A DNA stretch of 63,839 bases, the filler included. It is 9 parts of 9 records of this genome, joined end to end, with 100 filler letters (N's around TTAATTAATTAA, not from the genome) between each part and the next. Parts side by side here need not be neighbours in the genome. Positions count along the whole stretch, not along the records: positions 42,221 to 48,396 come from SRR31156797_49062; positions 48,497 to 58,479 come from SRR31156797_49079; 7 more parts are not named here. One strand, given 5' to 3'. This document shows, piece after piece, positions 42,221 to 51,628 of the stretch. The translations under genes were made by a program, and so were the position numbers. Within the stretch, counting starts at the first letter, position 1. Each line of letters starts with the position of its first letter. The notes below the pieces were generated by a model. The model saw only the letters and a list, made by a program, of their open reading frames with translations, made no database searches and was not told the DNA's origin.

Positions 42221-44532
42221 GAAAGCTGCTTCATGGGAAAGAAAAAGCGCTGGTAGACGCTCTTTGGCGACAGGGCGTTGAAGTGCTCGATCATGAGGCC
42301 CGCATCCTCGGGCCGGATGGGCCGGATATAAACCTTCTCCTTGTCAACGGTAACATCCTCCGCCTCCTGCTCCCAGGGGTAGGAGGAAATCACAAGATGC
42401 CCGGGCGCCAACCTGGCCGAAGGTTTAAGCACCACCCGGGCATCCACGGCAATAAGCTTGCCCTGCCTTACGATCACCGGGTTGATGTCAAGCTCGTCGA
42501 TCCCGGGGAAATCCGCGACCAGCCGCCCCAGCCGGATCAGGATCTCCTCCACGAGGGCCCGGTCCACCGGCGGGATATTCCGGAACCCGTCAAGTACCCG
42601 GGAGATCCGGGTATCGTTGATGAGGGCCCTTGCCAGGGGACGGTTCAAGGGCGGCAGCCCCATGGCCGTATCCTTGAACACCTCTGTCATCACCCCGCCC
42701 ATGCCAAAGAGGACCACCGGCCCAAAGGAATCGTCCTGTTTCGCCCCCATGATGAGCTCGTAGTCGGCCCCGGGATTCATGGGCTGGACCGTGACACCGA
42801 GGATACGGGCATTGGGATCGTACTGCCAGGCCGATCCCATGATCCGCTCAAAGGCCTGTCTCACCTGGTTGCCGTCATGGAGATTCAGGTGAACCCCACC
42901 GGCATCGGACTTGTGGAGGATATCCCGGGAGCAGATCTTCAATGCCACGGGAAATCCCATCTCTTCAGCAAGGGTCACGGCCTCTTCCCCGGTTTCCGCA
43001 AGATCGCACCGGTTCACGGGGATCCCGTAGGCCCGCAGCAGATCCTTTGCCTCCACCTCGGTCAATCCCTTGTCCGGTTCGGCCAGCCCCGTCTTGATGA
43101 TCTCCCCGGCCCTGTCCCGGTCGATCAACAGCCTTTTGTCCCGGCGGATGGGAATCTCGTGGAGCATCTCGATATTCTTCCCGTACTGGTAGAGGTTCAT
43201 GAAGGCCTTCACGCCCCGTTCCGGGGTGTCATAGGTGATCACCCCCGCCCCGTTGAAGATCTCCCTGGCCTTGTCCATGTCGGTTCCGCCGATCCACGCT
43301 GTAAACACCGGACTGGTGCAGGTTTTTAAAAATTCAGACAGGGGATTTGCCAGGGCCGGCGGATCAAACATCCGCACAGGCGAACAGATCAAAAGAAGGC
43401 CATCGGTTTCCGGGGCCTCCATGCAGATTTTTGCTGCGTTGATATAGGTCTCCGGGGAGGCATCCCCAAGGATGTCCACGGGATTCTGGCGGCTCCAGCT
43501 GGGGGGCAGCATGGCATCGAGCCTGGAAATGGTTTCATCACTCAAGGCGGCCGGCTCCGCGCCCTGGGCCGCAAGGGCGTCCGCCGCCATCACCCCGGGC
43601 CCGCCGGAATTGGTCACGATGGCAAGCCTTGCCCCCTTGGGTCGCTGCTGCTTTGCCAGGAACTCGGCACAGTCGAACAGCTCCTGGAAATCATCCACCC
43701 TTAGGATACCGGCCCGCTTGAAAGCGGCATCGTAGATGGCGTCATCCCCTGCCATGGCGCCGGTGTGGGAGGCGGCTGCCCGGGCACCCGCATCTGACCT
43801 GCCCGACTTGAGCGCAATGATGGGCTTGATCCGGGACACGGCCCTGGCCGCGCTCATGAAATTTCGAATGCTGGTAATGTTCTCAACATACATCACAATG
43901 CTCTCAACCTCCCTGACCGTGCCAAGGTAGTCGATCATGTCGGCAAAATCCACATCCGCCATGGAGCCCAGACTCACGAAATGGCTGAACCCGACCTTCT
44001 CCCGCATGGCAAGATCCAGCACCGAAGTGCACACGGCCCCGCTCTGGGAAAGAAAAGCGATCTTTCCAGGCAGGGGATGCTGGGGGGCGAAACTTGCGTT
44101 GAGACCGTTGGCGGTGTTGACCATGCCAAGGCAATTAGGACCAACGATCCGGATCCCGGTCAGGCGGGCCGCCTCCACCATGGCAGCCTCGATATTTGCC
44201 CCTTTGGTTCCCGTCTCCCTGCCCCCGGCAGAGATGACGACACACCCTGCCACCCCAGCCTTTCCGCAGCTTGCGACAATGTCGGGCACCGTTGCCACGG
44301 GGGTTGCGATAACGGCCAGATCCACCTTTCTTTTTATCGCCGCCACATGGGGATATGCTTTGAGTCCCATGATTGTATCACGCCTGGAATTCACCGGGTA
44401 GACCTTTCCCTGGTATCTCCTGCCCACGAGATTTTCCATGACGGATTCGCCGACACTTCCCACCCGCTCACTGGCCCCGATCACCGCCACGGATGCCGGG
44501 TTGAACATGCGGTTTAAATTGAGTGTGCCCAT
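42221..44532 (-). CDS. NDP-forming acyl-CoA synthetase-like / GNAT fusion, Pat-type lysine acetyltransferase (3' cut by contig edge)
   Basis: FNPASVAVIGAS; GPNCLG; SQSGA; ASHTG; HKSDAGGV ATP-grasp; DINP; GNAT start IRPIRPED...SVYQRFF. Confidence 0.92.
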
Positions 44533-44628
44533 CTATATCGCTCCTCCTGTTCGTTCTGGTTAATGGTAAGCTATTACTCAACGTTCAACTCTTTGATCCA
44601 TGCTGCAGGGTCCCGGCCTAATTACTAT

Positions 44629-44645
44629 AACAAGATATGTGCCAA
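44629..44645 (-). promoter_or_regulatory. Putative sigma54 (-24/-12) promoter for the Pat-like gene
   Basis: Minus strand TTGGCAC-ATATC-TTGTT versus consensus TGGCAC-N5-TTGC; about 100 nt before the ATG; sigma54 activator gene divergent. Confidence 0.55.
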
Positions 44646-44837
44646 CCGCTCATAGGCGCCGGGGCCGGGTGGGGCCGGCGGATTTCCCCCCGGGCCCTGT
44701 GTTTTACTCTCCGTTTTCCTTACGATTTGCCAGGAATTCTTTACAATGTGTAAAGAAAGCTGACACTTTGACAGGGAGGAATATTTTTTATGGATTAACA
44801 TTTGATTTTGCCCTTTGGAAAAGGTATTTAGCTTTCC

Positions 44838-46211
44838 ATGGAGCCCTACACGATATTTATCATCGATGATGAAGAAACCATCCGGGATAGCCTCACACTT
44901 ATCCTTGAACCGGACTACACCCTTCACACCTTTGCCACGGGCAACGAGGCCCTTGAGGCCCTCTCCGCCGCGCTCCCGGATCTCATCCTGCTTGACATCG
45001 GACTTCCCGACATCTCCGGGATCGATCTTCTCAAACAAATCAAGGCATCCGAGCCCACGCTCCCCGTGATCATGATCACCGCGTTCGAGGACATCGACAC
45101 CGTAATCTCGGCCATGAAAGCCGGGGCCTACGACTACCAGGTCAAACCCCTCCACGGGGACACCCTGGAGCTCGTGATCGCCAATGCCCTGGAGACGGTG
45201 AAGCTGAGAAAGGAGGTCAAACACCTCCAGGAACGGTTCATCCGGGACAACCTGCCCTGCTTTATCGGGGACAGCGACGTAATCCAGGACATGCTGGAAT
45301 TTGTGGAAATGGTGGCCAAGAGCCCGGACACCCCCATTCTCATCCTGGGGGAGACCGGTACGGGCAAGGAGCTGGTGGCCAGCGCCATCCACTACCGGAG
45401 CCCCAACTTCAGGAGCAAGTTTGTGACGGTGAATTGTGCGGCCATTCCCGGGAATCTCATTGAGAGCGAGATCTTCGGCTACGAACGGGGGGCGTTTTCA
45501 GGGGCCAACCCGGCGGGTAAAAAGGGACTGATCGAGGAGGCCGCCAACGGCACCCTGTTCCTGGACGAAATCGGGGACCTGAGCCTTCAGGCCCAGGCGG
45601 CCCTGCTCCGTTTCCTGGAGTCAGGGGAGTTCTACCGGATCGGAAGCACCCAAAAACAGCATGTCCGGACCCGGATCGTGTCGGCCACCAACAAGGACCT
45701 TGAAAAAATGATCGAGACCGACCGTTTCAGGCGGGACCTCTACTTCAGGATCGGGGTGGTCAAACTGGAAATTCCCTCCCTGAACGACCGGCCCTCGGAC
45801 ATCCTCTCTTTGGCCGCCTTTTTCCTGGATCGGTTCAACACCAAATTTTCCAAAAACATCACCGGATTCTCCCCGGAGGCCGAAGCGCTCCTGGCCACCC
45901 ATCACTGGACCGGCAATGTCAGGGAGCTCAAGAACCTCATGGAGCGGGGGGTACTGGTGGCAAAGGGATCAGAGCTCACCCCCGGGGACATGGGATTTTC
46001 AGAACCGGACAGGAACCCGGCCAAGTCAAACACCCTGTTTCCTCACCTCTCCCCCGACGGGGTGGACCTCTCCCTTCTCCAGGAACAAATGGAACGGTTC
46101 TATATCAGTGAGGCGTTGCGACTCTCCAAAGGCAACGAAAGCCGGGCGGCAAAACTCCTCAACATCAACCACCACACCTTTCGCTACCGCAGGAAAAAGT
46201 TCATGGATTAA
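44838..46211 (+). CDS. Sigma54-dependent response regulator (REC-AAA+-Fis HTH)
   Basis: IIDDE..LLDIGLPD; GETGTGKE; ESEIFG..GAFSGA; FLDEIG; WTGNVREL; C-terminal HTH. Confidence 0.95.
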   Translation: MEPYTIFIIDDEETIRDSLTLILEPDYTLHTFATGNEALEALSAALPDLILLDIGLPDISGIDLLKQIKASEPTLPVIMITAFEDIDTVISAMKAGAYDYQVKPLHGDTLELVIANALETVKLRKEVKHLQERFIRDNLPCFIGDSDVIQDMLEFVEMVAKSPDTPILILGETGTGKELVASAIHYRSPNFRSKFVTVNCAAIPGNLIESEIFGYERGAFSGANPAGKKGLIEEAANGTLFLDEIGDLSLQAQAALLRFLESGEFYRIGSTQKQHVRTRIVSATNKDLEKMIETDRFRRDLYFRIGVVKLEIPSLNDRPSDILSLAAFFLDRFNTKFSKNITGFSPEAEALLATHHWTGNVRELKNLMERGVLVAKGSELTPGDMGFSEPDRNPAKSNTLFPHLSPDGVDLSLLQEQMERFYISEALRLSKGNESRAAKLLNINHHTFRYRRKKFMD

Positions 46212-46223
46212 AGGAGGCCGCCC

Positions 46224-48302
46224 GTGACCACCCGTCGTCCCCGCACACCCGACTCGGTTTCAAAAACCTTCAAGGCAGTGAGCCTGCTGCTGATAAAGGA
46301 AAGCCGCCTTGAACCGCTTCTGACAAGTGTCTGCGCGACCCTCAAGAACTCCCGGCACTACAAGGATGTCAGCATGGGCGTCCTGGGAAAGGGGATTGCC
46401 GATGTTCCCACGGGAACTGAGAATGGGCGCTATTCCCATGGAAGGAGCTATGGGATGCAAACGGCTGCCGGCACTGGAACGGAGCCCATGCCGGCAAAGG
46501 AGTTCTTCGCAATCCCCCCCACCCCCGCCTGCATCCGGGACGTGATCGATCATAGGGCCCCCCTGGTACTCACCGAGGACTCCCGGCATTGCACCGCCTG
46601 CCCCCTGTCCAAAGGCTGCCACAGGTGGGCCGCCATCCTCATGCCCCTCAGCTTCAAAGGGAAACTCCACGCCATCCTCTTTGTCACCATCCCCACCGAG
46701 GTGGTCTCGGTGAACACCGAGGTGGAATTCCTCTCGGAGGTGGGGGAAAACATCGCCGCCGCCCTCCACCGGATCAACCAGGAAAAGCTCCACCGCAAAA
46801 CCGCCTCCGCCCTTATCAAAAGGAGCCTGGAACTCAACTACTTCCACAGCTTCTCACGGCTCATCGAGCAGCAGGAGCTCGACCTTGCAACCATCCTCCA
46901 GCGGGCCATCGACCTGATCCCCGGCTCCATGCAGCACGCCTCCCTGGCTGCGGCAGAGCTGTTTCTGGGCCACACGGGCCAACGGTTTCACACCCCAAAT
47001 TTCAGAGAGAGTTCACCCCGGCTGAAGAACCGGATCACAGTGGACAAGGAGGATGTGGGGGTACTCACCGTGTGCTACCTGCCACGGCCGGACAAGGACG
47101 CCCCCCTGGAATTCCTGAAGGAGGAAAAGGATCTCGTCCGCTCCATCTCCGTGAGAATGGGCAAGGTGATTGAACGCAAACAGGGCAGGATCGCCCTGGA
47201 GGAGAGCGAACAGCGGTTCCGGGACCTCACCAACAACGCGGTCACCGGCATCGCCATCCTCCAGGAAAAACGGATCGTGTTCCAGAACCCCGAATACCGG
47301 AAGATCTTCGGGTCCCTGTCCGACTCCTCCACCCTGTTCTGCGATTCCAGGATCCACACAGATGATCTGAAAAAGACCCGTCAGTTCTACCAGGCCATTT
47401 CCCGGCACGGGTTCACCACCCTTTCCGTGGATTTCAGGATCTGCGCCCGCTCCCCACGGGACAAAAGCGAAAACATCAAATCGGTGTTCTGCAGGGCGGC
47501 CATGACTGAATTCCAGGGAAAACCGGCCGTGCTGCTCAATGTCATGGACATGACCAAACCAAGGGAACTCGAACACCTGTTGAGAATCCAGGACAAGATG
47601 ACCTCCCTGGGCCGCATCGCCGCAGGCATTGCCCATGAGATCCGGAACCCCCTGTCAGGCATCAACATCTACCTGAAATCCCTTGAGAAATACAGCGCCG
47701 CCCGTGAGAACGACACCGAGAAAAAAATCATCACCAAGATGCAGAGCGCCTCGGACCGGATCGAGGCGGTGATCAAACGGGTGATCGACTTTTCCAAACC
47801 CGGCGATCTCAAGCCCACCCTGCTGGATATCAATGGTCCGGTGCAAAACGCCATCGATCTTGCCGCCGTCACCCTTCGGAAAAGCGGGGTGAGCCTGGAA
47901 ACAAGCCTCTGTGACACCCTGCCCAGGTGCAACGCCGACAACCACATGATCGAGCAGGTGATGCTCAACCTCCTGACCAACGCCTCGGAAGCCATGAAAG
48001 ACCTCCCCCCCGGCGCCAAAGCCATTGCCGTCATCACCGAGCCCGCGGACGGGACCGAGCCCGCGGACGGCACCGGCCCCGCCCACGGGACGGCGGTCAC
48101 CATCCGGGTGGAAGATTCCGGTCCGGGCATCTCCGAGTTCCACAGGGAGCGAATCTTCGACCCTTTCTACACCACCAAAAACAGCTCCGGCATCGGCCTC
48201 AGCATCTGCCAGCGCATCATCAACGACCACAAGGGCCGGCTAAAGGTCTACCAAAGCCGTCTCGGGGGAGCAGGGTTCGTGATCCACATCCCGGTTGGAT
48301 GA
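46224..48302 (+). CDS. Cytoplasmic GAF/PAS sensor histidine kinase
   Basis: No TM helix; IAHEIRNPL; NLLTNA; DSGPG; FDPFYTTK; GIGL. Confidence 0.9.
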   Translation: MTTRRPRTPDSVSKTFKAVSLLLIKESRLEPLLTSVCATLKNSRHYKDVSMGVLGKGIADVPTGTENGRYSHGRSYGMQTAAGTGTEPMPAKEFFAIPPTPACIRDVIDHRAPLVLTEDSRHCTACPLSKGCHRWAAILMPLSFKGKLHAILFVTIPTEVVSVNTEVEFLSEVGENIAAALHRINQEKLHRKTASALIKRSLELNYFHSFSRLIEQQELDLATILQRAIDLIPGSMQHASLAAAELFLGHTGQRFHTPNFRESSPRLKNRITVDKEDVGVLTVCYLPRPDKDAPLEFLKEEKDLVRSISVRMGKVIERKQGRIALEESEQRFRDLTNNAVTGIAILQEKRIVFQNPEYRKIFGSLSDSSTLFCDSRIHTDDLKKTRQFYQAISRHGFTTLSVDFRICARSPRDKSENIKSVFCRAAMTEFQGKPAVLLNVMDMTKPRELEHLLRIQDKMTSLGRIAAGIAHEIRNPLSGINIYLKSLEKYSAARENDTEKKIITKMQSASDRIEAVIKRVIDFSKPGDLKPTLLDINGPVQNAIDLAAVTLRKSGVSLETSLCDTLPRCNADNHMIEQVMLNLLTNASEAMKDLPPGAKAIAVITEPADGTEPADGTGPAHGTAVTIRVEDSGPGISEFHRERIFDPFYTTKNSSGIGLSICQRIINDHKGRLKVYQSRLGGAGFVIHIPVG
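48039..48092 (+). repeat. In-frame 18-bp tandem repeat, three copies (EPADGT-EPADGT-GPAHGT)
   Basis: GAGCCCGCGGACGGGACC / GAGCCCGCGGACGGCACC / GGCCCCGCCCACGGGACG. Confidence 0.85.
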
Positions 48303-48396
48303 TTTCGCAATCTCTCTAACCACCGCTAAAAATTCATTTCCTGTTCAACGGATACGATTATTGAGCTCAGCTTCCAGGTAACTGATAAAAACATCT

Positions 48397-48496
48397 NNNN
48401 NNNNNNNNNNNNNNNNNNNNNNNNNNNNNNNNNNNNNNNNTTAATTAATTAANNNNNNNNNNNNNNNNNNNNNNNNNNNNNNNNNNNNNNNNNNNN
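48397..48496. other. Artificial contig spacer 7
   Basis: N44-TTAATTAATTAA-N44. Confidence 0.99.
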
Positions 48497-48572
48497 CTCC
48501 GTGAATATACCGTTTATCCCCTTTTTTTGTCAACAGAATGTTGAAAAAAAATCAAAAGAAATTCTTATGTCC

Positions 48573-49169
48573 TTATTCTGCAATAAATTGCTTCATCGTA
48601 TCCGTTTTAAGGAAGAGAATCAGATACTCAAGGAAGGAGAGAGCCGAGCTTATGGCAGCCAGAATAAACAGGATGCGGGACACGGATACGGCCTGAGTCA
48701 GAAAGGCCTCGCTTCCCAGGGCTCTCATGGTCAGAACCACGAGTCCGGAGATTCCGGAGATAAAATAGAATACGGCCTTGGCCTTTCCGCCCCACTTGGC
48801 AGCCAGAGCCGTTCCCTCTTTCGCCATAACCATTCTGATAAACATGATACAGAACTCCCGCCAGAGAACGATCATCAATGCCCAGAGAGGCATGAGACCG
48901 TAAAAGCTGAAGCAGACGAAGTAGGTCACACGGCTGATCACATCGGCAAAGGGATCCATGATCTTCCCCATATCGGAGACCAGGTTGCGGGACCGGGCGA
49001 TATAGCCGTCCAGCACATCGCTTACCTCGCTGATCAGCTGTACGATCCAGAGGGCGATGACCCCGGAGAAAAGAACTCCATCCGTACGGAATACGGTGAA
49101 AACAAAAAGGATAAAGAAGATCGGGGTCAGAAAGAGCCGGCCCACTGTCATTTTATTAGGTAGTGTCAT
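48573..49169 (-). CDS. pgsA: CDP-diacylglycerol--glycerol-3-phosphate 3-phosphatidyltransferase
   Basis: LPN..T..R; SDVLDGYIAR...GKIMDPFAD; GKAK. Confidence 0.88.
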   Translation of the reverse strand: MTLPNKMTVGRLFLTPIFFILFVFTVFRTDGVLFSGVIALWIVQLISEVSDVLDGYIARSRNLVSDMGKIMDPFADVISRVTYFVCFSFYGLMPLWALMIVLWREFCIMFIRMVMAKEGTALAAKWGGKAKAVFYFISGISGLVVLTMRALGSEAFLTQAVSVSRILFILAAISSALSFLEYLILFLKTDTMKQFIAE

Positions 49170-49260
49170 GGCTCCATACTATTTTCGAAAAGGACAGAGA
49201 GTCAACAGAGGGACCCGCACTGAGCGGCTTCTTTCGCCAGGGTTTAGAGGAGCATGCCGA

Positions 49261-49974
49261 TTACTGTCTCCGGATCCTGATCTCTCCGTCGCTCACCGAA
49301 TAGCTCAGACCGTCGAAATAACCAGGCTCGGCAAAACGGAGTGCGGGATAGTGGACTTCAAAATAACGTCCGATCTTCCCGGGGATGTCGTTCAGGCTGT
49401 GATACTTTGTTTCATCGTAGCCCTTCAGATCTACCGGAGAGACGGCCTCCGTTCCGACGCCCAGAACGATGTAGCGATCCCGCATAAAAAAGAAGGCAGG
49501 GCGGGCGCGGCAGCTCATTAAGTACAGAGCGGCTTTTTCCCCTGTGAGCCGGACAAGGGTCTCCGCCTCATCATCTGCCCAGATCATGGTCAGCTCCTCC
49601 CCTTCGGAAGGCAGGAAGCTCAAGGTCCCCAGCTCCCATTCGTTTCCACAAACCAGAGGCTTCAAGGGCTGTTCCACGATGAAAGAGAGGAGGAATGGCA
49701 ATGCGATAGGGACAATGACGAGAACGGGAAAGACACCCATCAGGATCCCCAGGACCAGGGCGGCCCCGTTGCTGAGATGAAAGACATCCGAGCCGAGGGA
49801 AGGGAGCCCCGCGCCGCTCCACCAGAGGCCGGCAGAGGAGAGCAGAGAACCCGCCAGAAAGAGAAGGCGCCTGGGTTCCCTTCTTTTCCGGAAATATCCG
49901 ATGGCCTCTGAACTCAGATAGGCGGAGAGGAGGAGCACAATGATGAATATCCAGAATCGGGGATCCTCAATCAT
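49261..49974 (-). CDS. Hypothetical membrane protein
   Basis: About three N-terminal TM segments; start overlaps the stop of the upstream M32 gene. Confidence 0.65.
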   Translation of the reverse strand: MIEDPRFWIFIIVLLLSAYLSSEAIGYFRKRREPRRLLFLAGSLLSSAGLWWSGAGLPSLGSDVFHLSNGAALVLGILMGVFPVLVIVPIALPFLLSFIVEQPLKPLVCGNEWELGTLSFLPSEGEELTMIWADDEAETLVRLTGEKAALYLMSCRARPAFFFMRDRYIVLGVGTEAVSPVDLKGYDETKYHSLNDIPGKIGRYFEVHYPALRFAEPGYFDGLSYSVSDGEIRIRRQ

Positions 49975-51436
49975 ACAGACTGCTCTGCTTCTCCTTCAGA
50001 TAGCGGATAAAGAAAGAGGAGTCCGACCCCATACCGCATACCTCGCTTATCAGCTCTTCCGCACGATAAAGTGCGCCTTTGGAATGAACCTTCTTTTTCA
50101 GCCATCCCAGTATGGGCTCAAACTCTCCACGGGCGACGGCATCGCCTTGTTCTCCCAGTTCCCTGGTCAGAGCATCCCAGATCTGTGCCGCGTACAGGTT
50201 TCCAAGGGTATAGCTTGGAAAGTAGCCCATAAGCCCCTCGGACCAATGGATATCCTGAAGCACACCGGTCAGATCCCTGTCGTTGGCAAATCCCATTAGC
50301 TCTCTGAAGGATTCGTTCCACAGATCCCTCAAATCCCGGGCCTGGATGCGCCCGTTTATAAGATCCCGCTCCAGATGGAAGCGGAGAACAATATGCAGGT
50401 TGTAGCTGTACTCGTCAGCATCCACGCGGATCAAACCGGGCTCGATACGATTCATCTCCCTGTAAAGAGAGTCTTCACTCATTCTCAACTCGGGCAGCTC
50501 TTCTCTCAGAACCGTATTCAGATAGCGTGCGAAGCCTCTGGAGCGGCCGATCACGTTTTCCCACATCCTTGACTGGGACTCATGAATTCCCATAGAAGCG
50601 CCCTCGGCCGCCATGGTCCCTCTCCAGGACTGAGGAAGGTTCAGTTCGTAAAGGCCGTGCCCGCCCTCATGAACCGTACTGAAGAGGCTATTGGAAAAGT
50701 CATCTTCCTTAAAGGAACTGGTCACACGGACATCCCGGGAGCCCAGGGTGGATGTGAAAGGGTGAACCGACTGATCCAGCCGGCCCGCATCGAAGTCATA
50801 GCCCATATCCTTCAGAACCCGGAGACTGATCCTCCGCTGAACCTCAACGGGAATCGAGATTCGGGAGGGCCCTTTCTTTTCCTCCGAGGCAGCCCTCTCC
50901 AGAAGAGGCCTCAGCTCTGAAGCGAGATCCCTGAACAGGACCTCAAGATGCTCCGCCTTCGCGCCGGGCTCATACTCGTCAAGCAGAGCATTGTAGGCCT
51001 CGCCCTCGAAACCGACGAGTTCGCACTTTTCCCGAAGCAGCCGGGTCACATCCTCCAGCCTGGGAAGGAAGAGAGAAAAATCATCGGCCTCCCGGGATTT
51101 GAGCCAGGCGTCCCTGGACAGGGCGACGGCCTTGACGAATCGCGTCATAAAGTCGGGAGGCAGAAGACTGTTCTCCCGGTAACGTTTCTTCAGAAGACGA
51201 TGCCATCGGCGAATCTCCTCATCCTCCTCTTTTTCCAGAAGCTGCAGGGCGTCTTCCCAGGCCGGATCCTGCAGTTCTTTCGTCAGATGGTCCTGGACCG
51301 CCGCCATCTGCCTGGCCCTGTCCTCTGCGGCATCCCGGGGCATACCGGTTTCCATGTCCCAGGACTGGAGGGCCAGTATGTGCTCGTAGTCCTTGATTTT
51401 CTGTTCTTTTTCTTTAATATCTTCGATGCTTTTCAT
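49967..51436 (-). CDS. Carboxypeptidase, family M32 (likely start ATG 51436)
   Basis: LLDEYEP; HPF; HEGGH; HESQ; IRVDAD; LQDIHW; GYFPSY. Confidence 0.94.
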   Translation of the reverse strand: MKSIEDIKEKEQKIKDYEHILALQSWDMETGMPRDAAEDRARQMAAVQDHLTKELQDPAWEDALQLLEKEEDEEIRRWHRLLKKRYRENSLLPPDFMTRFVKAVALSRDAWLKSREADDFSLFLPRLEDVTRLLREKCELVGFEGEAYNALLDEYEPGAKAEHLEVLFRDLASELRPLLERAASEEKKGPSRISIPVEVQRRISLRVLKDMGYDFDAGRLDQSVHPFTSTLGSRDVRVTSSFKEDDFSNSLFSTVHEGGHGLYELNLPQSWRGTMAAEGASMGIHESQSRMWENVIGRSRGFARYLNTVLREELPELRMSEDSLYREMNRIEPGLIRVDADEYSYNLHIVLRFHLERDLINGRIQARDLRDLWNESFRELMGFANDRDLTGVLQDIHWSEGLMGYFPSYTLGNLYAAQIWDALTRELGEQGDAVARGEFEPILGWLKKKVHSKGALYRAEELISEVCGMGSDSSFFIRYLKEKQSSLYD

Positions 51437-51565
51437 TCGGTCTTTTTTCCTTTCCGTACTATTATCGGCGCTCCGGAGGAAGATGGCGAACACTTCTTTT
51501 TATCCCGCCGGATTTTGCATCCTCTCGGATTGGTCGGCTCCCGTGAGGCTCCCGCTCCGGTAAGC

Positions 51566-51598
51566 AAAAAAAAGAGGAAGCCCCGAAGGCCTCCTCTC
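51566..51598 (-). terminator. Intrinsic terminator after thrS
   Basis: Minus strand GAGGAGGCC-TTCG-GGGCTTCCTC-TTTTTTTT. Confidence 0.8.
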
Positions 51599-51628
51599 TC
51601 TTATCCCTTCAAACCATTGAAGGCGACC

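Noticed and set aside
42283-48319. Many overlapping 60-350 aa alternative ORFs in the GC-rich contigs (also in 17782-23192, 25050-30759 and 55337-63261)
   Set aside because: They overlap well-supported genes in other frames and lack motifs or RBS; this is expected where stop codons are rare.
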